A DNA stretch of 64,000 nucleotides from an uncultured Planctomycetaceae bacterium (GTDB lineage Bacteria > Planctomycetota > Planctomycetia > Planctomycetales > Planctomycetaceae). The position numbers and the translations under genes are program-made. The stretch spans positions 768,001 to 832,000 of the forward strand of contig CAWFGE010000013.1 of NCBI GenBank assembly GCA_963815195.1, read 5' to 3'. Each line of letters opens with the position of its first letter. Position 1 is the first letter of the stretch. Positions 28,566 through 37,754 of the stretch are shown one piece after another. Below the pieces are notes generated by a model that ran no database searches, was not told the origin of the DNA, and saw only the letters and a program-made list of their open reading frames with translations.

Positions 28566-29270
28566 TCAGTCCGATTCCCTCGTCTCGTCGTGGTCCCCGT
28601 CATCGCGAAGGGTGTATCCCACCCCGCGCACCGTGTGGATCAGTTTTTTCGAGCCCGGACGGTCCATTTTCTTTCGTAAAGCATTAATGTACACATCCAC
28701 CACGTTGGTCGCCAGGCTTTGCGGCTCTTGCCAGACATCCCGCCAGATCGTTTGACGATCCAGCGTCTCATTTTTGCGGCGGAGCAGGTATTCCAAAAGC
28801 CGGTATTCCAATTTGCTCAGATTGATTTCGTGCCCCGCCCGCATGGCGGTCTGCGTCGGCACATCCACCTCCAGATCATCCGCTGTCAGAAGCCGTTGCC
28901 GACCCGGGATCCCGCGGTTCATCAGCGCCCGCAGGCGGGCCAACAGCTCTTCAAAAGCAAACGGCTTCACCAAATAGTCGTCGGCCCCCTCGTCGAGACC
29001 TCGCACACGGTCGGCGACCGAATCCCGAGCGGAAAGAATGAGCACGGGAACCCCCAGGCCGTTGTTTCGCAGTTCCCGCAGAATTTCCAGCCCGCTGCGT
29101 TTCGGCAGCATAATGTCGAGCACGATGGCGTCAAAATGTTCCGTGCTTGCCAGGTAAAATGCCGCCTCCGCCGTTTCCGCCGTCTCCACATCATACCCCG
29201 ACGCCTTCAGTCCGCGTTCGAGGCTTTGTAACAATCGCTTGTGATCTTCCACCACCAAAACGCGCTGCAC
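28566..29270 (-). CDS. OmpR/PhoB family response regulator (CusR-like)
   Basis: VLVVED, LDIMLP, GADDYLVKPF, NVVDVYINALRKK, IHTVRGVGY. Confidence 0.95.
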   Translation of the reverse strand: MQRVLVVEDHKRLLQSLERGLKASGYDVETAETAEAAFYLASTEHFDAIVLDIMLPKRSGLEILRELRNNGLGVPVLILSARDSVADRVRGLDEGADDYLVKPFAFEELLARLRALMNRGIPGRQRLLTADDLEVDVPTQTAMRAGHEINLSKLEYRLLEYLLRRKNETLDRQTIWRDVWQEPQSLATNVVDVYINALRKKMDRPGSKKLIHTVRGVGYTLRDDGDHDETRESD

Positions 29271-29599
29271 AATTTGTTTCCTTTGCGAATCCTCCCTGAT
29301 TATACGCCGAGTTTATGAAGATGAGTAGCGAACATTTTCATGATCGCACTTTAGCGGTTTAACCCTTGGGATGTCCTTGTCGAGGAAGATTCCGCGGTCA
29401 GCTTAACAAACACCCCGCCCCGCCCCCTTTCTTGTCCGCGCTCTTTCACGTCCCCTTGGGGAGGTCGGACGCGGGAGCGGCCGGGTGGGGAGCGTCTGAT
29501 GCGAGGCGGTTTTCAACTTGGCCAATGAACCGGCCGATGCGAGCGAAATCTCGGACGCCGGTGCAAAGGATCGGGCGATTGGGGGACATGCTCCGGATT

Positions 29600-31198
29600 T
29601 CAGCATCGACAATGCCAAAAGTCTGGATACGGAATTTCCGCCCATCGCAAATTGGATCTTTCCCAAGGGGTCATGCTCACAAGATTCCAGCCGGGCGCAA
29701 TGAAGCCGAAAGGCGCCGCGACGAACAAGCGCAGCGTGACAGCGAGACGTTCAGGCGCGAACTTGAACTGGACCCAAGCCGCGGCACCGCCGGCGGTGAG
29801 GATCGTGAGGACGTTCAAGTAATACCAGATGGAATGTCCGGGGGGCTCGGCTTTTTTGAGATTCGTCATCGCGAGCGTCGCCGCCGAGCGGACGGGGGGT
29901 TCGGTATGCGTTTGCGCGATTTTTTGCAGCGTGCTGATCGCAGCCCGCCCGTTGTAGCCCGTCTCACCGAGGGATTTGACGATCTCGGCGGCCAGCGTCG
30001 TGTCGTATTGAGCCAAATTGTCCACCGCCGTCAACAGCCTTTGGGCGGCGGGTTCCGAGGTCCGCCCCAGTTTGCCGAGGGATTCCGCCGCGGCCATTTT
30101 GACGGACTCGTTGCCGTCGTTGAAGGCGGTGATCCAGAGGTGCTCGGCTTCGGGATCCTGTCGGCCGCTCAAGAGGGAAAAGATCACGACGAGCAGCACC
30201 GCGAAGCCACAGATCACACTCAGAATCGCCCACCGCGGCGGGGCCGCCGGGCGGTCCGGCGTGGTGTGCAGAATCGTGGGGGCCGAGCGCGTGTCGGTCA
30301 ACTCGGCGGGCTGGGAATCGGCGGGCGGCTTTTCAAAGGGGCGAAGGTTCTGTTTGACGATAATCGTCTGGGTGACTGCTTTGAGCCGTTTCGCCACGGC
30401 GTCGGCATCGGCCGGGCGGGCCGCGGGATCCTTTTGGAGCAGATCGTTTACCAACTGTTCGAGACCGGCGGGGCAATCGGGCGCGAACTGTCCCACGCGG
30501 GGCGGTGCGTCCTTGATGTGCTGGTGCAAGATCTCGGCGGCGGTTTCCCCTTCAAAGGGAGGCCGGCCCGCGAGCAGCTCGAAAAAAACGCAGCCCAAAG
30601 AGTACAAGTCGGTCTGCGGCGTGATGTCCTTGCCGCGAATTTGCTCGGGGGCCATGTATTGATAGGTGCCCATCGTGCGGCCCTCGGCGGTGATCCTGCG
30701 GGCCGCGGCCACGCTTGCCAAGCCGAAGTCCCCCAACTTGAGCCGCCCGGAGCTCGTAATCAGAAAGTTGCCCGGCTTAATATCGCGGTGCACGACGCCA
30801 TGCTCGTGCGAGAAGGCGAGGGCCGAGCACATTTGCAGGCCGTATTCCACAACCAGCTCCCACGCCAGCCGCCCGCGCTGCATCAAGAGTTCGTCGAGCG
30901 TGCCGCCTTCCACCAGTTCCATCGCGTAGAAGTGGCGCTTGTTTTTGCATTCGCCGCCGAAGCAGCGGACGATGTGCGGGTGCCTGAGCTTTTTGAGGAT
31001 GTCCACTTCCCGCTGAAACCGCGCGAGCGTCGTCTCGTCGCTGACATCGCTGGGCAGCAATTTGACGGCGAACAGCTTGTCGTTGACCACGTACCGCGCA
31101 CGGTACACCACGCCCATCCCGCCTTCGCCGATCTTTTCCACCAGCTCGAACGGCCAGATCCAGCGTTCGCTCTCTTGCATGGAATTCAACGTAGCCAT
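29600..31198 (-). CDS. Hanks-type Ser/Thr protein kinase with TM segment and HEAT-repeat region
   Basis: IGEGGMGVVY, AVK, HRDIKPGN, DFGLA, YMAPEQ, DLYSLG; TM then AAAESLGKLG/VRSAATLAM HEAT-like repeats. Confidence 0.95.
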   Translation of the reverse strand: MATLNSMQESERWIWPFELVEKIGEGGMGVVYRARYVVNDKLFAVKLLPSDVSDETTLARFQREVDILKKLRHPHIVRCFGGECKNKRHFYAMELVEGGTLDELLMQRGRLAWELVVEYGLQMCSALAFSHEHGVVHRDIKPGNFLITSSGRLKLGDFGLASVAAARRITAEGRTMGTYQYMAPEQIRGKDITPQTDLYSLGCVFFELLAGRPPFEGETAAEILHQHIKDAPPRVGQFAPDCPAGLEQLVNDLLQKDPAARPADADAVAKRLKAVTQTIIVKQNLRPFEKPPADSQPAELTDTRSAPTILHTTPDRPAAPPRWAILSVICGFAVLLVVIFSLLSGRQDPEAEHLWITAFNDGNESVKMAAAESLGKLGRTSEPAAQRLLTAVDNLAQYDTTLAAEIVKSLGETGYNGRAAISTLQKIAQTHTEPPVRSAATLAMTNLKKAEPPGHSIWYYLNVLTILTAGGAAAWVQFKFAPERLAVTLRLFVAAPFGFIAPGWNLVSMTPWERSNLRWAEIPYPDFWHCRC

Positions 31199-31532
31199 TC
31201 CTCACTCGGCTGGCTAGCTTGCGCGGTTTCTAAAAACGCCCCACTTTTCAGCCTAGCGGATCCGAGGCGGATTTGCCATTTAAGAGGCAGGTGGGGCGAA
31301 CGAACAACGCCCGGCTTCCCTGGGAAACCGGGCCATTGATTAACGGCGGGATGCGAACGGGCGGGACTCGGGAGAAATCGCCCGGGTTCCTCCTGGTCCA
31401 TTATACCCGAGCGCGAATCCGCCCGGAAATAGCGAAACCCCGCGCGCCCGAGAACATCACGAAGAATTTTGGTGTGACTTTTTCTGTCGCAGGGCACCCG
31501 AAAACGCGATTGTTCCCGCGCGGGAAATGATT

Positions 31533-32270
31533 TCAATTCGGCCCGTCGTCGGTCCGTACCTGGACCTGAAGCGCCCCCAGCATTTTGGTGATTTGCTGCT
31601 CTTTGCTGTTGATGAAGAACACGTTTTCCAAGACCACGGCCCGGCGTTCGTTGCTGGGGTGCAAAATCAACCGTCCGGCCCGCAGCAGGAGATACTCGAA
31701 CAGGTCGTTGATTTCTTTGTCGATCCGCAGATTCGGGGCCGAAAAGCGTTCCAGATCGCTCAACACGCCGTGGTGGTGCAATAGCTCGTTGGGGCGGACT
31801 TCCCAATAATCGAACTGCACGCTGATCGCGACCGCGATGTAAATCACGACGAGCGCTGTGGCAAAGATGCCATAGAACTTCGCATTGGCGAACGGCCTGA
31901 GGTTCTTCACAAAGTCGCCCAACCAAGGCAGCAAGTCGGGATAGGCGCTCGAGAGGAGCCACAGCCCCATAAACGCCGCGACGCCGATGAAAAAGAACGT
32001 CAGCGACGTGGTCCGCGGAAAGTCAAACGACAACACGACCAGGTTGGCGCAGAACAGACCCAAAAACGCGAGGCTGACCAATTCATTCACATCGTCTGTG
32101 GGATCGTTTCCGCGGGCCCAAATGATAATCGCCGCCACAATCGCGGCGACCAGCGAGGGATACAGAAACACGATCTTCGGATAGCTGATGAGGTAAATGC
32201 TGCTGGGAACCTGCCGTTCCGCAGGCTTGACATCGGGCGCGGCGTCTTGGGGGGCGGCTTCGTTCGACAT
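31533..32270 (-). CDS. Hypothetical membrane protein (about 4 TM plus soluble C-terminal, possibly PH-like, domain)
   Basis: Four hydrophobic helices followed by YWEVRPNELLHHHGVL...LLRAGRLIL; AAAGGA RBS upstream. Confidence 0.8.
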   Translation of the reverse strand: MSNEAAPQDAAPDVKPAERQVPSSIYLISYPKIVFLYPSLVAAIVAAIIIWARGNDPTDDVNELVSLAFLGLFCANLVVLSFDFPRTTSLTFFFIGVAAFMGLWLLSSAYPDLLPWLGDFVKNLRPFANAKFYGIFATALVVIYIAVAISVQFDYWEVRPNELLHHHGVLSDLERFSAPNLRIDKEINDLFEYLLLRAGRLILHPSNERRAVVLENVFFINSKEQQITKMLGALQVQVRTDDGPN

Positions 32271-32888
32271 GGGCCATCCTTTTTATGGGATTCGTGTTGT
32301 ATCGCGCAAAAGGCGGGCGGAGACGGGTTCGCGAATGCGTTTTACTGTATCTGGCAATCCGCCGAGTTTCCAGACCGCACACGATAGGCGCTCCGCCGCG
32401 TTCACGCAACCTCGCCCTTTCCGTTTCAGATTGACGTAGAACCGCCAACGCGGAACGCCGCAACCAACGTCGTGGCAAAGCCACCGCTGCGGAAGATGCG
32501 TGCCGCCTACCCAGCGAAAATTGGACTCACCCTCACCAACGGAAAACACGTTCCGGCGGATCCTTGGTTTGAAGCGAATTTCCTTCCAACAGCACCGGCA
32601 CCCCGCGTCCATCCGCCCGCGCCAACCGCCGGGCTTTTCGGTTCACGAAATCATGGGGCTGACGCCCCACGCCCGCCTTGACGCAATCGAACCGCGTTTG
32701 GTGGACCGAACCAAACCCGCCCGCTATGATGGCCCAAAGTTGGCGGGGAATCCATTGAATTTTAAGAGACAAAGGCCGCAACGGAGCAAAGGCCACAAAG
32801 TGAGAAGCAGAGGTTTTCGAGTTCGGGAATCGCGAAGCGATGGCAGGCTTTGGGCGTCAGCGAAGGTTTCTAAAGTTTCTACTATGAT

Positions 32889-32937
32889 CCGGGGCTAGCG
32901 CCCTCGCCTAATAAATGCGACATTTACTTATCGAACG
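32889..32937 (+). repeat. Dispersed ~50-bp repeat, copy 2 (homolog of 11295-11344)
   Basis: CCGGGGCTAGCGCCCTCGCCTAATAAATGCGACATTTACTTATCGAACG. Confidence 0.75.
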
Positions 32938-32999
32938 ATCCTTACGGTTAATGAAAATCACCATCCGAAACAGTTTCCTTCCTGGGATTTGGGTTTGTT

Positions 33000-34187
33000 A
33001 TGAAAATTCATGAGTATCAGGCGAAGAACTTGCTGAAGTCGGCGGACGTGGCGGTGCCTCGGGGCATCGTCGTCAAAACCGCCGACGATGCCGCCAAGGC
33101 GTTTGAATCGTTGGGCGGCAAAATCGCGGTCGTCAAATCGCAAATCCACGCCGGCGGCCGGGGCAAGGGGCGGTTCAAACAGCACCCCAAACAGCCCGGC
33201 GTCGTTCTGGTCAAATCCGCGAATGAGGCCCGTGAAAACGCCGCCCGCATGCTGGGCAGCACCCTCGTCACCATCCAGACCGGCGAGGAAGGCAAAACCG
33301 TTCACACGCTGTTCGTCGAAGAAGGCCTCGACATCGCCCGCGAACTCTACCTGGGCGTCGTCGTGGACCGCGAAGCCGGCGGCCCGGTGGTCATCATGTC
33401 CTCCGAAGGCGGCATGGAGATCGAAGAAGTCGCCCAGCATTCGCCCGAAAAAATTTTTCAAGAGCCGTTTCACACCGGCTACGGATTGTTCGGTTTTCAG
33501 GCCCGGCGGTTGGCGTATCGGCTGGGCTTGGACGGTGCCGCGGTGCGGAGTGCCGAGGATTTCCTGCCCAAGTTCTGCAAGTTCTTTGTCGAGAACGATT
33601 GCAGCATGGCCGAGGTCAACCCGCTGGTGCTCACGGCCGATCAAAAGCTGATCGCCCTCGATGCCAAGGTAAGCTTTGACGACAACGCTCTCTATCGGCA
33701 TCCCGAGTTTTCGGAACTTAGGGACTTAAACGAAGAAGAACCCAACGAAGTCCAAGCCGCGAACGCGGGGCTGTCTTACGTCAAGCTGGAAGGCAATATC
33801 GGCTGCCTGGTCAACGGGGCGGGGCTGGCGATGAGCACGATGGACCTCATCAAGCTCCACGGCGGCGAGCCGGCGAACTTCCTCGACGTGGGCGGCGGGG
33901 CGAACGTCGATCAGGTCACCGAAGCCTTCCGCATCATCCTCGCCGATGACAACGTGAAAGCGATCCTGGTCAACATCTTCGGCGGGATCATGAAATGTGA
34001 CACCATCGTCACCGCGTTACTTGAAGCCTACGACAAAATCGGCATCACGGTGCCGTTGGTGGTCCGGCTGGAAGGCACGAACGTGGAAATCGCCCGCAAG
34101 ATGCTCGGCGAAAGCGGCAAAAAAATCATCACCGCCACCGACCTCACCGACGCCGCGAAGAAAGTCGTGGGCACATTGAATGCCTAA
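33000..34187 (+). CDS. sucC: Succinate--CoA ligase (ADP-forming) beta subunit
   Basis: [58 protein letters not shown]. Confidence 0.98.
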   Translation: MKIHEYQAKNLLKSADVAVPRGIVVKTADDAAKAFESLGGKIAVVKSQIHAGGRGKGRFKQHPKQPGVVLVKSANEARENAARMLGSTLVTIQTGEEGKTVHTLFVEEGLDIARELYLGVVVDREAGGPVVIMSSEGGMEIEEVAQHSPEKIFQEPFHTGYGLFGFQARRLAYRLGLDGAAVRSAEDFLPKFCKFFVENDCSMAEVNPLVLTADQKLIALDAKVSFDDNALYRHPEFSELRDLNEEEPNEVQAANAGLSYVKLEGNIGCLVNGAGLAMSTMDLIKLHGGEPANFLDVGGGANVDQVTEAFRIILADDNVKAILVNIFGGIMKCDTIVTALLEAYDKIGITVPLVVRLEGTNVEIARKMLGESGKKIITATDLTDAAKKVVGTLNA

Positions 34188-34216
34188 AGGCGAGCGGGGG
34201 GCGTAAGCCCCCTGGT
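34186..34216 (+). repeat. Left arm of a perfect 31-bp inverted repeat bounding the insert between sucC and sucD
   Basis: AAAGGCGAGCGGGGGGCGTAAGCCCCCTGGT is the exact reverse complement of 35326-35356. Confidence 0.93.
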
Positions 34217-34251
34217 TATCTGGGTGAACCGCCAGAACGCGAGCAAGTTGT

Positions 34252-34598
34252 ATGCTCATCCAATGCAAAAGCTGCAACGTGAATTTTGAAAAGTCGCTTG
34301 GGCAAATGCCCCGTTTGCGGAGACGCCGTCACGTTTTCCAAGGCGGAAATCCGCCAACAACATGCAGTCGGAGTGCAGAGAATGGTATGCGACAAGGAAC
34401 GCCGCTGAACGAGATTCTGGTCATCTGGTAGGGACGGTTGAATTGCCCGCTCCAGAGGTTGACACGATCATTCTGTTAGCAAAGCAATACCGACGCGAAG
34501 CGGCGAAAGGACGCGGTTGGCAAGCAGCCGTCATTGGCATGGCGACAATGGGGGTGGGTATCGGTCTTGCCTATCTGACGTTTGTAGACATTTTATAG
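34252..34598 (+). pseudogene. Degraded zinc-ribbon/membrane protein gene
   Basis: MLIQCKSCNVNFEKSLG, then (other frame) KCPVCGD, then later frames ending in a TM helix (AAVIGMATMGVGIGLAYLTF). Several frame changes within 350 bp; lower GC. Confidence 0.5.
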
Positions 34599-34697
34599 CC
34601 GCGAGTCTTATTCTCGGGGTGGCGTTTTATTCGCCGGAGGGCTATGCACTAGCATTTTGACCGGATGGGACATCACGGGAGATAGAGCTAAAAAACC

Positions 34698-35306
34698 ATG
34701 TTGATTAACATGTTACTAGACCATTTTCACCCCCCACTATCGGAACGTCGGCATCCACATTCGTTTCTGTTGTCGTGGGTCGTCAGCATAGCGGTATGGT
34801 TGAATGAGCAGCTACCGAAAGGCTGGTTCGCAGAGCCGATTGTGATCTTGCACAATGATGTGAATCAAAAGTTTGCCGTTCATGTTCATTTTGAAAACGG
34901 GGAAATAGTAGCCATCGTTTCCTTGGTTACCCCAGTGACAAAGGGGCATAAGATACCTCGGGATCTTTTCATTTCAGCTTGTGCAACCCAGGTGAAAAAG
35001 GGCACCGGACTGGTCCTTATTGATATTGTCACGACTCGTGATGTTGATATGCACAGGAATTTGCATCAGGTTTTGAATCCAAGTGCGAAACGACAAATCA
35101 AAACGCCCCGGTTTGCAGCAGCATATCATCAAAGCGGGCGACGCAGGGAAATGGAATTTGACATTCAACTCGAACCATTAAGCATCGGCGGAGCGCTCCC
35201 GACGATGCCTCTGTACCTCAAAAACGGGCCGCTGGTTCCGGTCGATCTGGCGGAGACCTACCAAAAGGCACTCAAAGCGGTGCGAATTGATTTCAATGAA
35301 GTTTGA
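34698..35306 (+). CDS. DUF4058 family-like protein (divergent)
   Basis: LLDHFHPPLSERRH start and C-terminal LSIGGALPTMPLYL...VPVDLAETYQ, as recalled for planctomycete DUF4058 proteins; lower GC than flanking genes. Confidence 0.75.
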   Translation: MLINMLLDHFHPPLSERRHPHSFLLSWVVSIAVWLNEQLPKGWFAEPIVILHNDVNQKFAVHVHFENGEIVAIVSLVTPVTKGHKIPRDLFISACATQVKKGTGLVLIDIVTTRDVDMHRNLHQVLNPSAKRQIKTPRFAAAYHQSGRRREMEFDIQLEPLSIGGALPTMPLYLKNGPLVPVDLAETYQKALKAVRIDFNEV

Positions 35307-35325
35307 CTATCACGAGTTCAAAATG

Positions 35326-35356
35326 ACCAGGGGGCTTACGCCCCCCGCTCGCCTTT
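35326..35356 (-). repeat. Right arm of the perfect 31-bp inverted repeat
   Basis: ACCAGGGGGCTTACGCCCCCCGCTCGCCTTT. Confidence 0.93.
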
Positions 35357-35391
35357 GATTTTTAATCTCAACAGACAACGGACAAAATCGA

Positions 35392-36270
35392 ATGAGCATC
35401 TTAGTCGATAAAAACACCAAAGTGATTTGCCAGGGCATTACCGGGCGGGCGGGGCTGTTTCATAGCCAGAAGTGCCGGGAGTACGGGACGCCGATTGTCG
35501 GCGGGGTGACGCCGGGCAAGGGCGGCACGGACGTGGACGGGTTTCCGGTGTTTAACAGCATCGAAGACGCCCGCCGCAAAACCGGGGCGAATGCGACGAT
35601 GGTCTTCGTCCCGCCGCCCTATTGTGCCGACGCCATCATCGCCGCGGCCAACGAGGGCATCGAACTCATCGTGGCGATCACCGAAGGCATTCCGGTGCTC
35701 GATATGGTCAAGGTGATGAACTGCATCCAAGGGACGGGGGCGCGATTGATCGGGCCGAACTGTCCCGGCGTGATCACGCCCGGCATCGCCAAGCTGGGGA
35801 TCATGCCGGGCTATATCCATCAGCCGGGCCCGGTCGGTCTCATCAGCAAGAGCGGCACCCTGACGTATGAAGCCGCCTGGCAGTTGGGGAACGTCGGCTT
35901 GGGGCAATCGACCTGCGTGGGGATTGGCGGCGACCCGATCATCGGGACGACGTTTATCGATCTCCTTGAAATGTTCGAGGAAGACGACGCCACCGAGGCG
36001 ATCTTGATGATCGGCGAGATCGGCGGGAACGCGGAAATCCGCGCGGCCGAATACATCCAGGAGCACATCACCAAACCCGTCGCCGCGTTCATCGCCGGCA
36101 AGACCGCCCCCCCGGGAAAACGCATGGGCCACGCGGGGGCGATCATCTCCGGCGGCAGCGGGACCGCGGCGGAAAAAATCGCAGCCCTGGAAGCCGCGGG
36201 CGTCATCGTCGCCGAAAGCCCCGCCGACATGGGCACCGCCGTAAAGCGGGCGATGAAAGAGAAGAAGTAG
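35392..36270 (+). CDS. sucD: Succinate--CoA ligase alpha subunit
   Basis: [56 protein letters not shown]. Confidence 0.98.
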   Translation: MSILVDKNTKVICQGITGRAGLFHSQKCREYGTPIVGGVTPGKGGTDVDGFPVFNSIEDARRKTGANATMVFVPPPYCADAIIAAANEGIELIVAITEGIPVLDMVKVMNCIQGTGARLIGPNCPGVITPGIAKLGIMPGYIHQPGPVGLISKSGTLTYEAAWQLGNVGLGQSTCVGIGGDPIIGTTFIDLLEMFEEDDATEAILMIGEIGGNAEIRAAEYIQEHITKPVAAFIAGKTAPPGKRMGHAGAIISGGSGTAAEKIAALEAAGVIVAESPADMGTAVKRAMKEKK

Positions 36271-36286
36271 ACTGGAGAGAAACCGA

Positions 36287-36508
36287 TTTTAACGCAAAGG
36301 CGCAAAGGGAAGACGCAGAGAACCGCAAAGAAGAGCCGAGCCATGACGGGCGTTTGGATCTCAGATTTGCCTCGCTCGTCCGTCGAACCGTTATGGAGGA
36401 AATGATTTCGTTTTCCCTTCGCGCCCTTTGCGTCTTCTCTTTGCGTCTTTGCGTTGAAAACTCATTTCCCCATTGAACGCGAAGCGTCCTTTGCGCCTTT
36501 GCGTTAAA
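36287..36508. repeat. Cluster of AACGCAAAG(A/G)CGCAAAG-family inverted repeats
   Basis: Forward copy at about 36288-36330; reverse copies at about 36425-36456 and 36488-36506. Confidence 0.75.
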
Positions 36509-36534
36509 AACTCTTTTCACACTGAACCTGAAAC

Positions 36535-37566
36535 ATGAAAATCGGATTGGTCGGTTATCAAGGCGGCGGGAAGAGCACGATTTTCGAGCTGCTCACCGGG
36601 ACGAAGGCGGATATCGCCAAGGCGCACAGCGGGCAGGTCGGCGAGGCGATTGTGCCCGATGAGCGGTACGACCGCCTGGTGGCCCATCACAACCCGAAGA
36701 AGGAAGTCCCGGCGAAGATTCAGGTGCTCGACACGCCGGGTCTCAGCCGGAACCAGCAGGACGCCAACGCCCAGAAGCTGGGGATCATCCGCGAGGCCCA
36801 GGTGCTGGTGCACGTCGTCGGGGTGTTTGCGGGGGCGGATGCGGCCGCCGACGCCGAGGCTTTTGAGGACGATCTGATCCTCGCCGATTTGCAGGTGGTC
36901 AACAACCGCGTGGAGCGTTTGAAGAAAGACATCACCAAGCCCCGCCCCGACCGCGAGGAGCTGCAAAAGGAGCTCGAAGCCCTTACGCCCATCGTGGGGT
37001 GCCTGGAAAACGGCCGGCCCGTGCGGGAACTCGAACTCGAGGAATCTCAGGAAAAAGCTAGCCGCTCGTTTTCGCTGTTGACGCTCAAACGGCAACTGTT
37101 GGTTTTGAACACGGCCGATTCCGATGTGGATCAATCCGTCGTCGAGAAACTGAAAGCCCAAGGCCTGCCCGTCGTCGCGGCTCCGTTTGGCTTGGAGTTG
37201 GAACTCGCGGCACTCCCCGAAGAAGAGCGGGCCGAGTTCGCGGCCGAGATGGGCCTGGGCGAACCGTCGCGGAGCCGGCTGCTCAGAAGCATTTTTGAAG
37301 TCACCGATCAGATCACGTTCTACACCTCCGGAGAGAAGGAAGTCCACGCCTGGCTCCTCAAGCGCGGCTCCACCGTGCTCGAAGCGGCGGACACGATCCA
37401 CAGCGACCTGGCCCGCGGCTTCGTGCGGGCCGAGGTCTGGCCGGTCGATGATTTTCTGAGACTCGGCTCCGAACGCGACCTCAAAGCCGCGGGCTTGAAC
37501 CACATCGTGGGCAAAGAATACATCGTCCAGGACGGCGATGAGATCTTTATCCGCTCCGGCGTGTGA
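36535..37566 (+). CDS. ychF: YchF/Obg-family P-loop NTPase (divergent YchF-like, C-terminal DUF933/TGS domain)
   Basis: MKIGLVGYQGGGKST, DTPGL, LILADL, ITFYT, IHSDLARGFVRAEV, GKEYIVQDGD. Confidence 0.8.
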   Translation: MKIGLVGYQGGGKSTIFELLTGTKADIAKAHSGQVGEAIVPDERYDRLVAHHNPKKEVPAKIQVLDTPGLSRNQQDANAQKLGIIREAQVLVHVVGVFAGADAAADAEAFEDDLILADLQVVNNRVERLKKDITKPRPDREELQKELEALTPIVGCLENGRPVRELELEESQEKASRSFSLLTLKRQLLVLNTADSDVDQSVVEKLKAQGLPVVAAPFGLELELAALPEEERAEFAAEMGLGEPSRSRLLRSIFEVTDQITFYTSGEKEVHAWLLKRGSTVLEAADTIHSDLARGFVRAEVWPVDDFLRLGSERDLKAAGLNHIVGKEYIVQDGDEIFIRSGV

Positions 37567-37754
37567 TTCCGAGGCGGGAAAAAACTGGGCGAAATAGGTG
37601 GTTTGGCATGCGCGTTGCAGATTTCTTCCGACGTGACACGGAGGAACTTGCGGGCTGGTTGAGACTGAAATTGGTCGCTCGCGGATCACACCTTGCGAAC
37701 ATTGACCGATGGCCGACCAGGGAGGACTTCCTGACCAGCAATGCGAGTCGAGCG

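Noticed and set aside
29366..31339. 657-aa plus-strand ORF
   Set aside because: Antisense shadow of the Ser/Thr kinase in GC-rich DNA; no recognisable motifs.
32283..32898. Short ORFs or a structured RNA in the 730-bp gap before sucC
   Set aside because: No recognisable protein or RNA family features; contains only promoter-like and repeat sequence.
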